A stretch of DNA of 64,000 nt from Terriglobia bacterium (GTDB lineage Bacteria; Acidobacteriota; Terriglobia; UBA7540), in contig DATDGR010000233.1 of assembly GCA_036521995.1 (NCBI GenBank), positions 2,342 to 66,341 of the forward strand. The letters are read 5' to 3'. The number at the start of each line of letters is the position of its first letter. The first letter of the stretch is position 1. Below the pieces are notes generated by a model that was not told the origin of the DNA, ran no database searches, and worked only from the letters and a program-made list of their open reading frames with translations. Below, piece after piece: positions 56,701-64,000 of the stretch. The position numbers and the translations under genes are program-made.

Positions 56701-57294
56701 GTTGGAGCCGGAGCGGTTGCCGCTGATCTGGTAATTGGACCCGCTGATCTGGAAACTGTTGCCAGTGGATACGCTGCCGGGGACCAACTCGAGCAATTGA
56801 GTGAAGCTCCTGCCGTTCAGCGGCATTTCCGTGACCGTCTGGTTGCCGATCTGGGTTCCCACGGTGGCGTTCGTGGTCTGAAGCACGGGGGCCTTGGCCT
56901 CAACCGTAACCTGTTGCGTCACTTGGCCGACCTGCAGCGCCACGTTGACGGTGGTGTCGGTGCCGATGTCGACCTTGACGTTGTCGACCACCGAGGTCTG
57001 AAAGCCGGAAATCTCCGTCTTCACGCTGTAGATACCCGGGACGAGGTTCCCGACGTGGTAGGCACCGATCTCGTTAGCGATGGCCGTAAGAGCGGTCGTC
57101 GTGCCGGTATTGGTTACCGTTACCTGAGCCTTCGGGATGCTGGCTCCAGACACATCAGTAACCGTTCCGGCGATCCCGCCATAGTAGACTTGTGCTAGGC
57201 CCACCGTTGACGCGGCCAGCAGCAAGGCTACTGCCATCAGGGCACCAAGGCCCAGCCGGCGGCTATTTACCTTATTGCCTTCAGTCTTTTGCAT
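53740..57294 (-). CDS. TonB-dependent receptor-like outer-membrane protein with carboxypeptidase-regulatory-like N-domain
   Basis: Signal peptide, IAGTVTDVSGASIPKAQVTVTN..T......ANEIGAYHVGNLVPGIYSVKTEISGF, a long barrel, and the terminal ...FALKVYF. The start at MQKTEG has the SD GGGGAG. Confidence 0.85.
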   Translation of the reverse strand: MQKTEGNKVNSRRLGLGALMAVALLLAASTVGLAQVYYGGIAGTVTDVSGASIPKAQVTVTNTGTTTALTAIANEIGAYHVGNLVPGIYSVKTEISGFQTSVVDNVKVDIGTDTTVNVALQVGQVTQQVTVEAKAPVLQTTNATVGTQIGNQTVTEMPLNGRSFTQLLELVPGSVSTGNSFQISGSNYQISGNRSGSNMFQLDGIYNNEEFFGQYAMQPPIDSIQEFKVETNITSAEYGRAAGAAIAVATKSGTNQFHGAAWEFLRNNDLDANAWFNNFFNAPLGAYRQNQFGVVAGGPVYFPHLYNGKDKTFWFFSYEGLRFASNSLNTATAPTATELSGNFASNLGSQLMTCGVNKNSACVDALGRPVDANEVYNPYTTRSVTAGQVDPTTGLVAQTTGNVRDPFPGNTIPSGMVSPITAAYAGIWYPSTSGLSSPNSFNSNPNTINQYQLSGRIDHSFGSKVNSYFRVSDQHAVNPSPQGLPVNYYYLYNQFVNAVASATWVKSPTTIIDFKSGYNRANLTNFSNDPAPGVASFLSTYPIQGTPIKSTTTPLFPAFNFGSYYTNPSTSGNPFITNVWQELLNITMERGKHEIKTGAEYEHYNAYYDGTFTSQFNFDQVPTQDPLTSTGSNINEVASYLLGLPSSGLRNVGDTAAYFHQNTPGLYIQDNYKPTTKLTVNMGLRWEYNQWPFDKYNHLGNYYVDQHMLAWAGPNPVTGQPANAPRSLMNPDYRNWAPRVGFAYQLRPNTVLRGGFGYFYNGDYAWAGQGARGQWPYAISQSINSVNTLQPTLPLATFFPPYDFPQPGTPPSEEHVQALNNRTPYTRQWNLGIQQQLARNLMLEVNYVGNNAKNLGGFFNANDPPPGPLQICPDAGPTVCTTQAIAAGTVKTRPSFPYAPTLTSLSENANNAVSNYNGLQVKLDKRFSSGTQALVTYTWSHLLDTPSGDNYGGTSPENDLCRYCDYGNSANNYAQIFTAQWLEDLPFGHGRRWGSNFNRAEDLLLGGWEFTGIYHYNSGFPINIGVPSDLANAGQRGNSQRPNYVGGPTTMSTFTNDPTNPNNGIRILNVNAYSLPENCSGGSCVLPSGGYQFGTLGRYAQVGPHFNNVDLGLFKNFPFSEGKRSVQFRAEFFNAFNIHDFGGINGTCCEANNAAFADTTSVQQANAFNPTGARIIQFALKVYF

Positions 57295-57538
57295 TTGGAA
57301 ACTCCCCTGGGCGATTTGAAGATCTCCGACACCCGTTTCCTGCGGACGCAAATTGAGAGGCCAGTAGTCAGAACACACTAGAACGACAACTATTACCTAT
57401 GAGCCCCAATTGAAAAAAGCGTAAGTGACATGGAGTAACTTGCGGTTAAATCGAGGGCCCAACGGCGTCAATTCCACGTACACGCCTCGGCTCATTGAAC
57501 TTAGCACGGACAATGTCTTGGCCAAGAGTGGTCGATTG

Positions 57539-57557
57539 TTACGTAACTTTACGTAAC
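57539..57557. promoter_or_regulatory. tandem TTACGTAAC-T-TTACGTAAC (palindromic core TTACGTAA, 10-bp period), candidate operator
   Basis: Copies at 57539..57547 and 57549..57557, in the divergent region between the receptor gene (start 57294) and the regulator-like gene (start 57627). Confidence 0.35.
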
Positions 57558-57626
57558 ATCGCCGGTATTGCCGCCCCAGTTGCAATTGCGGCGCCCCGCG
57601 ATCATAATCGCAGGGGAAGGAGATGC

Positions 57627-59057
57627 ATGAGCTTGGCTGGCGTCCGCCCCGCAAGGGAATCCGAGGATCCCACCGGTCAAACCAGTGGGCCAGCTGTGCC
57701 GCCCGAGGACAAACTCGCAGCCCTGGAACGTATCCTCCGGAGCAAGGCGTTCTCGAACGCTGAAGCGATCCGGCACCTCCTGAAATTCATTGCCGACCAG
57801 TCAGTTAGCGACTCTGACGAAGAAATCAAGGAATATACGATCGCCGTTGAAGCGCTGGGGCGTCCCCAGGATTTCGATCCCAAAGTTGACAACATCGTTC
57901 GAGTCCAGATGCGCCGGGTGCGCCAGAAGCTGGACGAGTACTACCGCCTGGAAGGCGCCGGCGATCCGGTCCGGGTCTCCATTCCCCGGGGGCACTACCA
58001 TGTCGAGTGGAGCTTGCGATCCGCAAAGCCAACCCATGGCAGCCCGAAAGCAGGATCCAACGAAGATGAGGGCGCCCTAGCCCGCTGGCGGTTCCGGTCA
58101 CCGCTCGCCTGGAAAATCCTTGCGATCGCGCTGTTGCTCTTCAATCTTGCCCTGGGTGTAAGTTCTCTCCTCCGGCGCGAGGCATCCGGGGTGCCTCGAA
58201 ATCGAGAGAAGGATCCGATAAGTCCAGCCCTGGCCTCGGTTTGGCAGCCGTTTATCGATTCAAGACAACAGCCTTTGGTGATCTACAGCAACGCCCTGTT
58301 TTTGATGAGCCAGGAGGGTGACCTCTACCGCTACTCCCTCGACGGCGCCCATTTCCTGCCTTTCGGGGCACGCGTCCAAAGCTTCGCGGGCCTCGAACGG
58401 CGTGGGCCGGCGCCGCCGGTCAAGGGTCCCATGTCATACTCTGACGCTTACACGGGGACCGGCGAAGTGGTGGCGGCGGCCCGAATCGCTGAACTGTTCT
58501 CGCGGGCCGGCCGGGATTTTGCCGTCAAGCGCGACGGCGTGGTCTCCTTTGAAGACATTCGCAACAACAATGTGGTCTTTCTCGGCGCCAGCCTGGAAGA
58601 CACGGTCCTGGCTCAGCTTCCGTTGCAGAGCGACCTCGGCTTTGAGCAGACCAGTCAGCCGGCATTTTCCGGAAGTCAAGTGATTCGTGACCGTCACCCG
58701 GCACCCGGACATCCCTCGCTTTACGCCCTCGGGCGCGAGCCCAAGACGCAGGCTATTGCGGTCGACTATGCTTTGATCAGCCTGCTGCCGGGAGTGACGC
58801 CGAACCACTTCATCCTGGTGTTGGGCGGCCTTTCGACCATCGGCACCCAGGCGGCGGCCGAGTTTGCAACTTCGGAAGAGAGCCTGCAGCCGGTAGCCCG
58901 GATGCGCGCGGAGGCCGCGGGCAGCAGACCCCTCTCACCGTATTTCCAAGCTCTGCTGGCAGTCCAGATTCGTGACGGTGTAGCCGCGAAGACCGACTGC
59001 CTGCTGACCCGCGAGGTTCGCCACAACGGACCAGGCGCGCTCGCCTCTTCACCGTGA
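57627..59057 (+). CDS. membrane protein with N-terminal winged-helix-like regulatory domain and large extracytoplasmic C-domain
   Basis: FSNAEAIRHLLKFIADQS....EIKEYTIAVEALGRPQDFDPKVDNIVRVQMRRVRQKLDEYY...G..DPVRVSIPRGHYHVEW, then one TM helix. The SD GGGGAAGGAG precedes the ATG at 57627. Confidence 0.6.
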   Translation: MSLAGVRPARESEDPTGQTSGPAVPPEDKLAALERILRSKAFSNAEAIRHLLKFIADQSVSDSDEEIKEYTIAVEALGRPQDFDPKVDNIVRVQMRRVRQKLDEYYRLEGAGDPVRVSIPRGHYHVEWSLRSAKPTHGSPKAGSNEDEGALARWRFRSPLAWKILAIALLLFNLALGVSSLLRREASGVPRNREKDPISPALASVWQPFIDSRQQPLVIYSNALFLMSQEGDLYRYSLDGAHFLPFGARVQSFAGLERRGPAPPVKGPMSYSDAYTGTGEVVAAARIAELFSRAGRDFAVKRDGVVSFEDIRNNNVVFLGASLEDTVLAQLPLQSDLGFEQTSQPAFSGSQVIRDRHPAPGHPSLYALGREPKTQAIAVDYALISLLPGVTPNHFILVLGGLSTIGTQAAAEFATSEESLQPVARMRAEAAGSRPLSPYFQALLAVQIRDGVAAKTDCLLTREVRHNGPGALASSP

Positions 59058-59093
59058 CGATGAGCGTCTGGCCGCGGGCGGCGACGACGCTCG

Positions 59094-59122
59094 TTGACTG
59101 GCTAACCTCTAAACCCTAGAAT
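59094..59122 (+). promoter_or_regulatory. candidate sigma70-type promoter TTGACT-17-TAGAAT (the -10 box is part of a TAGAATCAA box)
   Basis: TTGACT at 59094..59099 and TAGAAT at 59117..59122. The PBP1A start codons lie 15-21 nt downstream. Confidence 0.5.
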
Positions 59123-59136
59123 CAACCTGGGGCGAA

Positions 59137-61566
59137 TTGCGCATGGGAACGGCTAAATCGCATTCGGAAAGTGCAGCGAAGCCGCTTCCCGCTTGGGCGC
59201 GCAGCCGGCGAGTCTTCGGCCAATTCGTCTTCGGCGTCCTGGTGCTGTTGGCTGCGGCCACTGGAGTGCTCGCGGGGCTGATCTTCGTCTACTCCACTAA
59301 CCTTCCCAAAGTGGCGGAGCTCGAGACCTACCGGCCCGACGTGATGACCGAGCTGTATGCCACGGACGGCACGCCCATCGCCAGCTTCGCCCTCGAACAT
59401 CGCGTGATCGTCACCTATGACCAGATTCCTCCTGTCATGCGGGACGCCGTCCTCTCCATCGAGGATCGTCACTTCGAGAGCCACGTGGGCGTGGACGTGA
59501 TTCGTATCGTACGGGCCGCCATCATCGACTTGATGGAATGGCGCGCCGCGCAAGGCGCGAGTACCCTCACGCAGCAGCTCAGCCGCCGCCTCTTCCTGAG
59601 TCCGGAGAAGAACTGGAAGCGCAAAGTCGACGAAGCGCTGCTGGCCATCCAGATCGAGCGGCACTTCACCAAAGCGCAGATCTTCCAGATGTACGCCAAC
59701 CAGATGGAACTGGGATACGGCAACTTCGGTTTCGAGGCCGCCTCCGAGTTCTTCTTCGGCAAGCACTTGAAAGATCTCACCCTGCCCGAAGCGGCCCTGC
59801 TGGCTGGGCTGCCGCAGAATCCGAACATTTACTCGCCCATCCGTCACCCGGAGCGCTGTCTAGAGCGTCGCAACCGTGTGCTGGAGGCCATGCTCGACAA
59901 CGGTAAGATCACGCGCGCCCAGTATCTGCAAGCTCGCCAGGCGCCGCTCGGCTTGAACATCCAGCATTGGAATAACAACGTGGCGCCCTACTTTGTGGAA
60001 GACGTGCGCGAGTTTCTGGAGAAGAAATACGGCGCCGAGACGGTTGAGCAAAAAGGCCTGAAGGTCTACACCACCGTGGATCTGAAGATGCAGCGTCTGG
60101 CCGAAGAGTCTCTGCGGCAGGGGCTGCGCAACGACGACCGGCACCGCGGCTGGCGCGGGCCGGAGAAGAACATCCTGAAAAACCTGGCCACGGCGCCGGA
60201 TGGACGGCCGGTCACGCTCGAAACCTACGTGGACGATGACTGGCGCAGTCCGCCGGAGCCCGGGCGCTTCGAGCACGGCCTGGTGATGTCGGTGGCTTCA
60301 GAGTCAGCCCTGGTCCGTTTCGGCGACCTCACGGCCCGCCTCACACCGGCAGACTTCACTTGGACCAAGCAGGTGGATCCGCGCCAAGTCTTTCTCCCCG
60401 GCGACGTCGATCTCTTTCTGACCAAGGCCGTGAAAGGTCACAGCGTTCAGGCTACGCTCGATCAATACCCCGGCGTTCAGGGCGCCATGGTGGTGCTCGA
60501 CAATCAGACAGGTGCTGTGCGGGCCATGGTTGGCGGGTACGATTTCGACACCAGCAAGTTCAACCGGGCCGTTCAGGCTGAGCGCCAGGTGGGCTCGTCA
60601 TTCAAGGTCTATGTTTACACGCAGGCGTTTCTCGAGGGCATCAGGCCGTTCGATACGATCGTGGACAGCCCGATCAGCTTTCCTTCTGCGTCGGGCGTCT
60701 GGGCGCCCCATAATTACGATAACAGGTATGAGGGGACCATTGATCTGATTCGGGCCCTGGCCGAATCCCGCAACGTCCCGGCCGTGCGGCTGCTGGCCCG
60801 GGTGGGCGTGGACCAGGTGATCAAGCTGTGCCGCCGCTTCGGCATCACTTCGCGGCTGACGCCGAACCTGCCGCTCGCGCTGGGCGCATCGGATCTTACG
60901 CTGATCGAGCACACTTCGGGCTTCACCACTTTCCCTGACGACGGGCTGCATATCGCACCGCGCACGATCGACCGCGTGACCGACTACGACGGCCGCGTGA
61001 TCGACGAGTTTCGGCCCGAGGTGGCGGACGCGATCCCCGCGCCGATCGCCCGCCTGATGGTCTCGATGCTGCGCGAGGACATCGAATACCCGACCGGGAC
61101 CGCTGTGCGGGCTAGGTCGCTGGCTGCGAAATATGACCTGGCCGGCAAGACCGGAACAACGAACGACTTCACGGACGCCTGGTTTATCGGCTTCTCGCCC
61201 GGGATCACCTGCGGCGTGTGGGTAGGTTTTGACGATCACCGTACCCTGGGGGATAAGGAGGAAGGTTCGCACGTCGCGCTGCCCATCTGGATGCAGTTCA
61301 TCGGCGAAGTGTTGAAGGACCGGCCGGTGGAGCGCTTCCCCGATTCCCCGCTCCTCACCAGTCCGGAGGTGGTGAACCAGATCCTAGCCAGTAACGGAAC
61401 CGCGCCCCTGCCCGCCGAGCATGGGACCGCACAGGGAGATACGACCAAGGTTGCCTCGACTTCGACCCTTGCAGCTCCGGCGTCGTCGGAGCCTGCCAAC
61501 CCCGCAGGAACGAGCGGTGCCACACCCAAGCCCGTGCCTGCCGCCCACGATCCGCTGCAACCTTAG
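59137..61566 (+). CDS. mrcA: class A penicillin-binding protein 1A (glycosyltransferase + transpeptidase)
   Basis: GT51 motifs SIEDRHFESHVGVD and RKV.EA......E; transpeptidase motifs GSSFK, SRN and KTGTTND. An alternative ATG lies at 59143. Confidence 0.9.
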   Translation: MRMGTAKSHSESAAKPLPAWARSRRVFGQFVFGVLVLLAAATGVLAGLIFVYSTNLPKVAELETYRPDVMTELYATDGTPIASFALEHRVIVTYDQIPPVMRDAVLSIEDRHFESHVGVDVIRIVRAAIIDLMEWRAAQGASTLTQQLSRRLFLSPEKNWKRKVDEALLAIQIERHFTKAQIFQMYANQMELGYGNFGFEAASEFFFGKHLKDLTLPEAALLAGLPQNPNIYSPIRHPERCLERRNRVLEAMLDNGKITRAQYLQARQAPLGLNIQHWNNNVAPYFVEDVREFLEKKYGAETVEQKGLKVYTTVDLKMQRLAEESLRQGLRNDDRHRGWRGPEKNILKNLATAPDGRPVTLETYVDDDWRSPPEPGRFEHGLVMSVASESALVRFGDLTARLTPADFTWTKQVDPRQVFLPGDVDLFLTKAVKGHSVQATLDQYPGVQGAMVVLDNQTGAVRAMVGGYDFDTSKFNRAVQAERQVGSSFKVYVYTQAFLEGIRPFDTIVDSPISFPSASGVWAPHNYDNRYEGTIDLIRALAESRNVPAVRLLARVGVDQVIKLCRRFGITSRLTPNLPLALGASDLTLIEHTSGFTTFPDDGLHIAPRTIDRVTDYDGRVIDEFRPEVADAIPAPIARLMVSMLREDIEYPTGTAVRARSLAAKYDLAGKTGTTNDFTDAWFIGFSPGITCGVWVGFDDHRTLGDKEEGSHVALPIWMQFIGEVLKDRPVERFPDSPLLTSPEVVNQILASNGTAPLPAEHGTAQGDTTKVASTSTLAAPASSEPANPAGTSGATPKPVPAAHDPLQP

Positions 61567-61641
61567 TGTCGGAACCTCCACGAAGCAGTCGGTTCTTGAG
61601 GGGAAGAAGGCTGTCGTGGGAACTCGTCCTCGATTCGAAGT

Positions 61642-62691
61642 TTACTTCACGCTACGGAAGTGGTCGTAACCCAGCGCCGCCAATTTGACCTCAGTGCCGT
61701 CCCGGAGGACGAGACGCAGCTCGCGGCTCGGGAGAATTTCGCCCACATCGTGCAAGGTGACACCAGCCAGGGCGCGCGGAACTCGCGATGCTTGGTTTCG
61801 GGCCACGGTGAAGATGAGCTCGTAATCTTCGCCGCCATGCAACGCAAGCTCGACGGGGTTCAGGCTTGACTCGCGGTTTGATTCAGAGCTTGAGTTGCGG
61901 CGTGTATGGAGTTGAGGCAAGGGCAATCTGCTTTCCCAGATTCGTGCTCCACAGCCGCTTGAATCACAGAGGCGTCTCAAATCGCGCCCGAAACCGTCAC
62001 TCACGTCAATGGCAGCCGAGGCCAGGCAGTGTCTGGCAAGGTAGATGCCAGTCCGGCAACGAGGCTCAGGGTAGAGGTGCGCTGCGAGCGCCGCCCGCGC
62101 GGTGGCTCCCGTTCTCCGACCTGCCGCTGAGGGCGAGGTGATCGGCCGCGCCCCAGACTTGAGCAGAGCAAGTCCGAGCGCCGAGAGTCCCAGGCAGCCG
62201 GTGACGTAGATGCGGTCGCCCGGCCGGGCGCCGGAGCGGTGGTGTGCCTGTCGGCGCCTGACTTCGCCGGCGGCGATGATATCGACCAGAACCGGGCCGC
62301 CCTGGGTGACGGCAGTATCGCCGCCGATCAACGTGACGCCCAAGCGGTGCGCCAGGGCGCCGATACCGTGGTAGAAGGCGGCGATCCATCGGCGGCGAGT
62401 CTGTCGTGTGATGGCAAGCGAAAGCAGTGCGAATCGCGGCCGTGCGCCCATCGCGGCCAGATCACTCAGCGCCCGAGCGAGAGCGCGGTGACCGATGGAA
62501 GCGGGTGGATGGAGGCCGACCTGAAAGTGGACGCCTTCGAGCGAGAGATCGGTGGTGAGAACCAGGTCGAGCCCTGGCCTGGTGCGGACAATGGCCGCGT
62601 CATCGCCGATGCCAAGCTCGAGACCCGGAGCCCGCTCCGGCCACCGGCGGCGCAGCCAGCGGACGAATTGGGTTTCGTTACGGAAGGGCAC
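61642..62691 (-). CDS. thiL: thiamine-monophosphate kinase
   Basis: GIGDDAAIV, the ATP-binding region GVTLIGGDT, and DVSDG. I prefer the GTG start at 62691, because the ATG at 62826 would overlap sdhB by 73 nt. Confidence 0.8.
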   Translation of the reverse strand: MPFRNETQFVRWLRRRWPERAPGLELGIGDDAAIVRTRPGLDLVLTTDLSLEGVHFQVGLHPPASIGHRALARALSDLAAMGARPRFALLSLAITRQTRRRWIAAFYHGIGALAHRLGVTLIGGDTAVTQGGPVLVDIIAAGEVRRRQAHHRSGARPGDRIYVTGCLGLSALGLALLKSGARPITSPSAAGRRTGATARAALAAHLYPEPRCRTGIYLARHCLASAAIDVSDGFGRDLRRLCDSSGCGARIWESRLPLPQLHTRRNSSSESNRESSLNPVELALHGGEDYELIFTVARNQASRVPRALAGVTLHDVGEILPSRELRLVLRDGTEVKLAALGYDHFRSVK

Positions 62692-62753
62692 ACCAGCTCC
62701 TCGGGCTCGGACTCCTGACCTTCTCCGACGGTCTTCCAAGACCGCCGCAAACC

Positions 62754-63464
62754 CTACACCTTGCGGAACAACAGGGCCTTTTTCACCTCGCCGATCGCCT
62801 TGGTCACGTTGATCCCCCGCGGACACGCCTCCACACAGTTAAAGATCGTGCGGCAGCGCCAGACGCCATCGACGGAGTTGAGCACTTCCAGCCGCTCTTC
62901 GCGGCCTTCATCGCGGCTGTCGAAGATGAAACGGGCCGCGTTGACGATCGCCGCCGGCCCTACGTAGTCCTGGTTCGCCCAGAAAGACGGGCAAGAGGTG
63001 GTGCAGGCCGCGCACAGGATGCACTTGGTGGTGTCGTCGAATCGCTCCCGATCTTCGGGCGTCTGAAGGCGCTCCTTGTGAGGCGTAGGCGAGTGCGTGA
63101 TCAGGTACGGCTTTGCTTGGCGGTACTTCTCAAAGAATCCTTCGAGATCTACCAGCAGGTCTTTGACCACCGGCAGCCCCCGCAAGGGCTCGACCGTGAC
63201 GGCCTTGCCAAGATTCTTCAGCAGAACCTTGCAGGCGAGCGCGTTGGCGCCGTTCACCACCATGGCGTCGGAGCCGCAGACCCCGTGTGCGCAGGAGCGC
63301 CGGTAGGTGAGCGTGCCATCCTGGTACCACTTGACGTGGTTGAGCGCGTCCAGCAAACGGTCTGTAGGCTCGCCCTCAACCGTGTACTCGCCCCACCAAG
63401 GTTGACGATCCTTTTCGGGATTATAGCGCCGGATTCTCAGATGGACCTGCATGGCTTCGAACAT
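62754..63464 (-). CDS. sdhB: succinate dehydrogenase / fumarate reductase iron-sulfur subunit
   Basis: Cys clusters CAHGVCGSDA, CILCAACTTSCP and CRTIFNCVEACP. Confidence 0.9.
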   Translation of the reverse strand: MFEAMQVHLRIRRYNPEKDRQPWWGEYTVEGEPTDRLLDALNHVKWYQDGTLTYRRSCAHGVCGSDAMVVNGANALACKVLLKNLGKAVTVEPLRGLPVVKDLLVDLEGFFEKYRQAKPYLITHSPTPHKERLQTPEDRERFDDTTKCILCAACTTSCPSFWANQDYVGPAAIVNAARFIFDSRDEGREERLEVLNSVDGVWRCRTIFNCVEACPRGINVTKAIGEVKKALLFRKV

Positions 63465-63492
63465 TGAGTCATTGATTTATGGGGTCAATGAA

Positions 63493-64000
63493 TCAATACT
63501 TTCTCTCCATCGGTTGAAACTTCGTAATGGTCACCGGCTTGTACCCCAGCTCGATTCCATTGGCCGTCTGATAGGCCAGCGTGTGCTTCAGCCACTTGGC
63601 ATCATCACGCTTTGGGAAGTCTTCCCGAGCGTGGCCGCCTCGGCTCTCCTGCCGCGCCAGAGCTCCTTCCACCAGGGTCTCAGCCAGCTCGATCAATCCG
63701 CCGAGCTCGATCACTTCGAGCAATTCGGTATTGTATTGGTGGCCCCGATCATCGATCCGCACGCTGGCATAACGCTGGCGCAACTCGCGAAGCTTCTCGC
63801 GGGCGGCCGCTAACCCCGGAGCCTCGCGAAAGACGCCGGCCTTTTCCATCATTTCATCCTGCAGCTCGTCGCGGATCTTGGCCGCACGCTCCCGCCCGCC
63901 GGAGCTGATCAGCCCGGCCACAAGCGCCCGAGCGCGTTCCTGAGGATTGGGCGGCAGAGGCGCCCAGTCATTCTCGCCCATGAATTGGGCCGCATGACGC
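63493..64000 (-). CDS. sdhA: succinate dehydrogenase / fumarate reductase flavoprotein subunit, C-terminal part (runs off the window)
   Basis: ESRGGHAREDFPKRDD.KWLKHTL... C-terminal domain. The frame stays open to position 64000. Confidence 0.85.
   Translation of the reverse strand, partial: RHAAQFMGENDWAPLPPNPQERARALVAGLISSGGRERAAKIRDELQDEMMEKAGVFREAPGLAAAREKLRELRQRYASVRIDDRGHQYNTELLEVIELGGLIELAETLVEGALARQESRGGHAREDFPKRDDAKWLKHTLAYQTANGIELGYKPVTITKFQPMERKY

Overview
GC-rich bacterial chromosomal segment. It is probably Acidobacteriota, inferred from two ADOP-type duplicated FtsX permeases, a GloVer tandem-repeat protein and two CarboxypepD_reg-type TonB-dependent receptors. I support about 46 protein-coding genes, mostly housekeeping or envelope functions: bshA, cca, coaD, aspartate aminotransferase, manA, prfB, lnt, an NfeD-stomatin pair, S41 and S8 peptidases, GH13 glucosidase, cstA-ybdD, PBP1A, thiL, and sdhB plus the 3' end of sdhA. 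By eye I found no rRNA, tRNA, CRISPR array, transposase or integrase. prfB needs a programmed +1 frameshift (CTT TGA C) that the ORF track splits. Three other frame breaks all sit in short homopolymers: one in the GloVer gene and two in the second ADOP permease. They may be assembly errors rather than true pseudogenes. The most unusual content is non-coding. (1) A composite repeat family is built from helically phased GGTTCGTTT units interleaved with TAGAATCA boxes and ending in a C/G homopolymer. There are two clear copies (about 2.6 kb and 53.1 kb) and a diverged relative (about 45.8-46.0 kb); the 53-kb and 45.8-kb loci also share a promoter-leader module. (2) The 9-mer TAGAATCAA is strongly over-represented and confined to intergenic DNA. 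(3) The 1-kb spacer upstream of cstA holds a 245-bp MITE-like palindromic element and a 14-mer tandem array. (4) A 52-bp leader carrying a start codon is duplicated upstream of nfeD. (5) A tandem TTACGTAAC operator-like site lies between a TonB-dependent receptor and a membrane wHTH regulator. I recognised no defence or secretion system. Gene-level oddities are an RND-type adaptor with no pump gene, a tightly packed MobB-like/PCD/P450/PDZ-GAF-PP2C/methyltransferase string, and an S8 peptidase ORF whose sorting-signal-like segment is internal. All functional calls come from motif recognition by eye; no database search was run.
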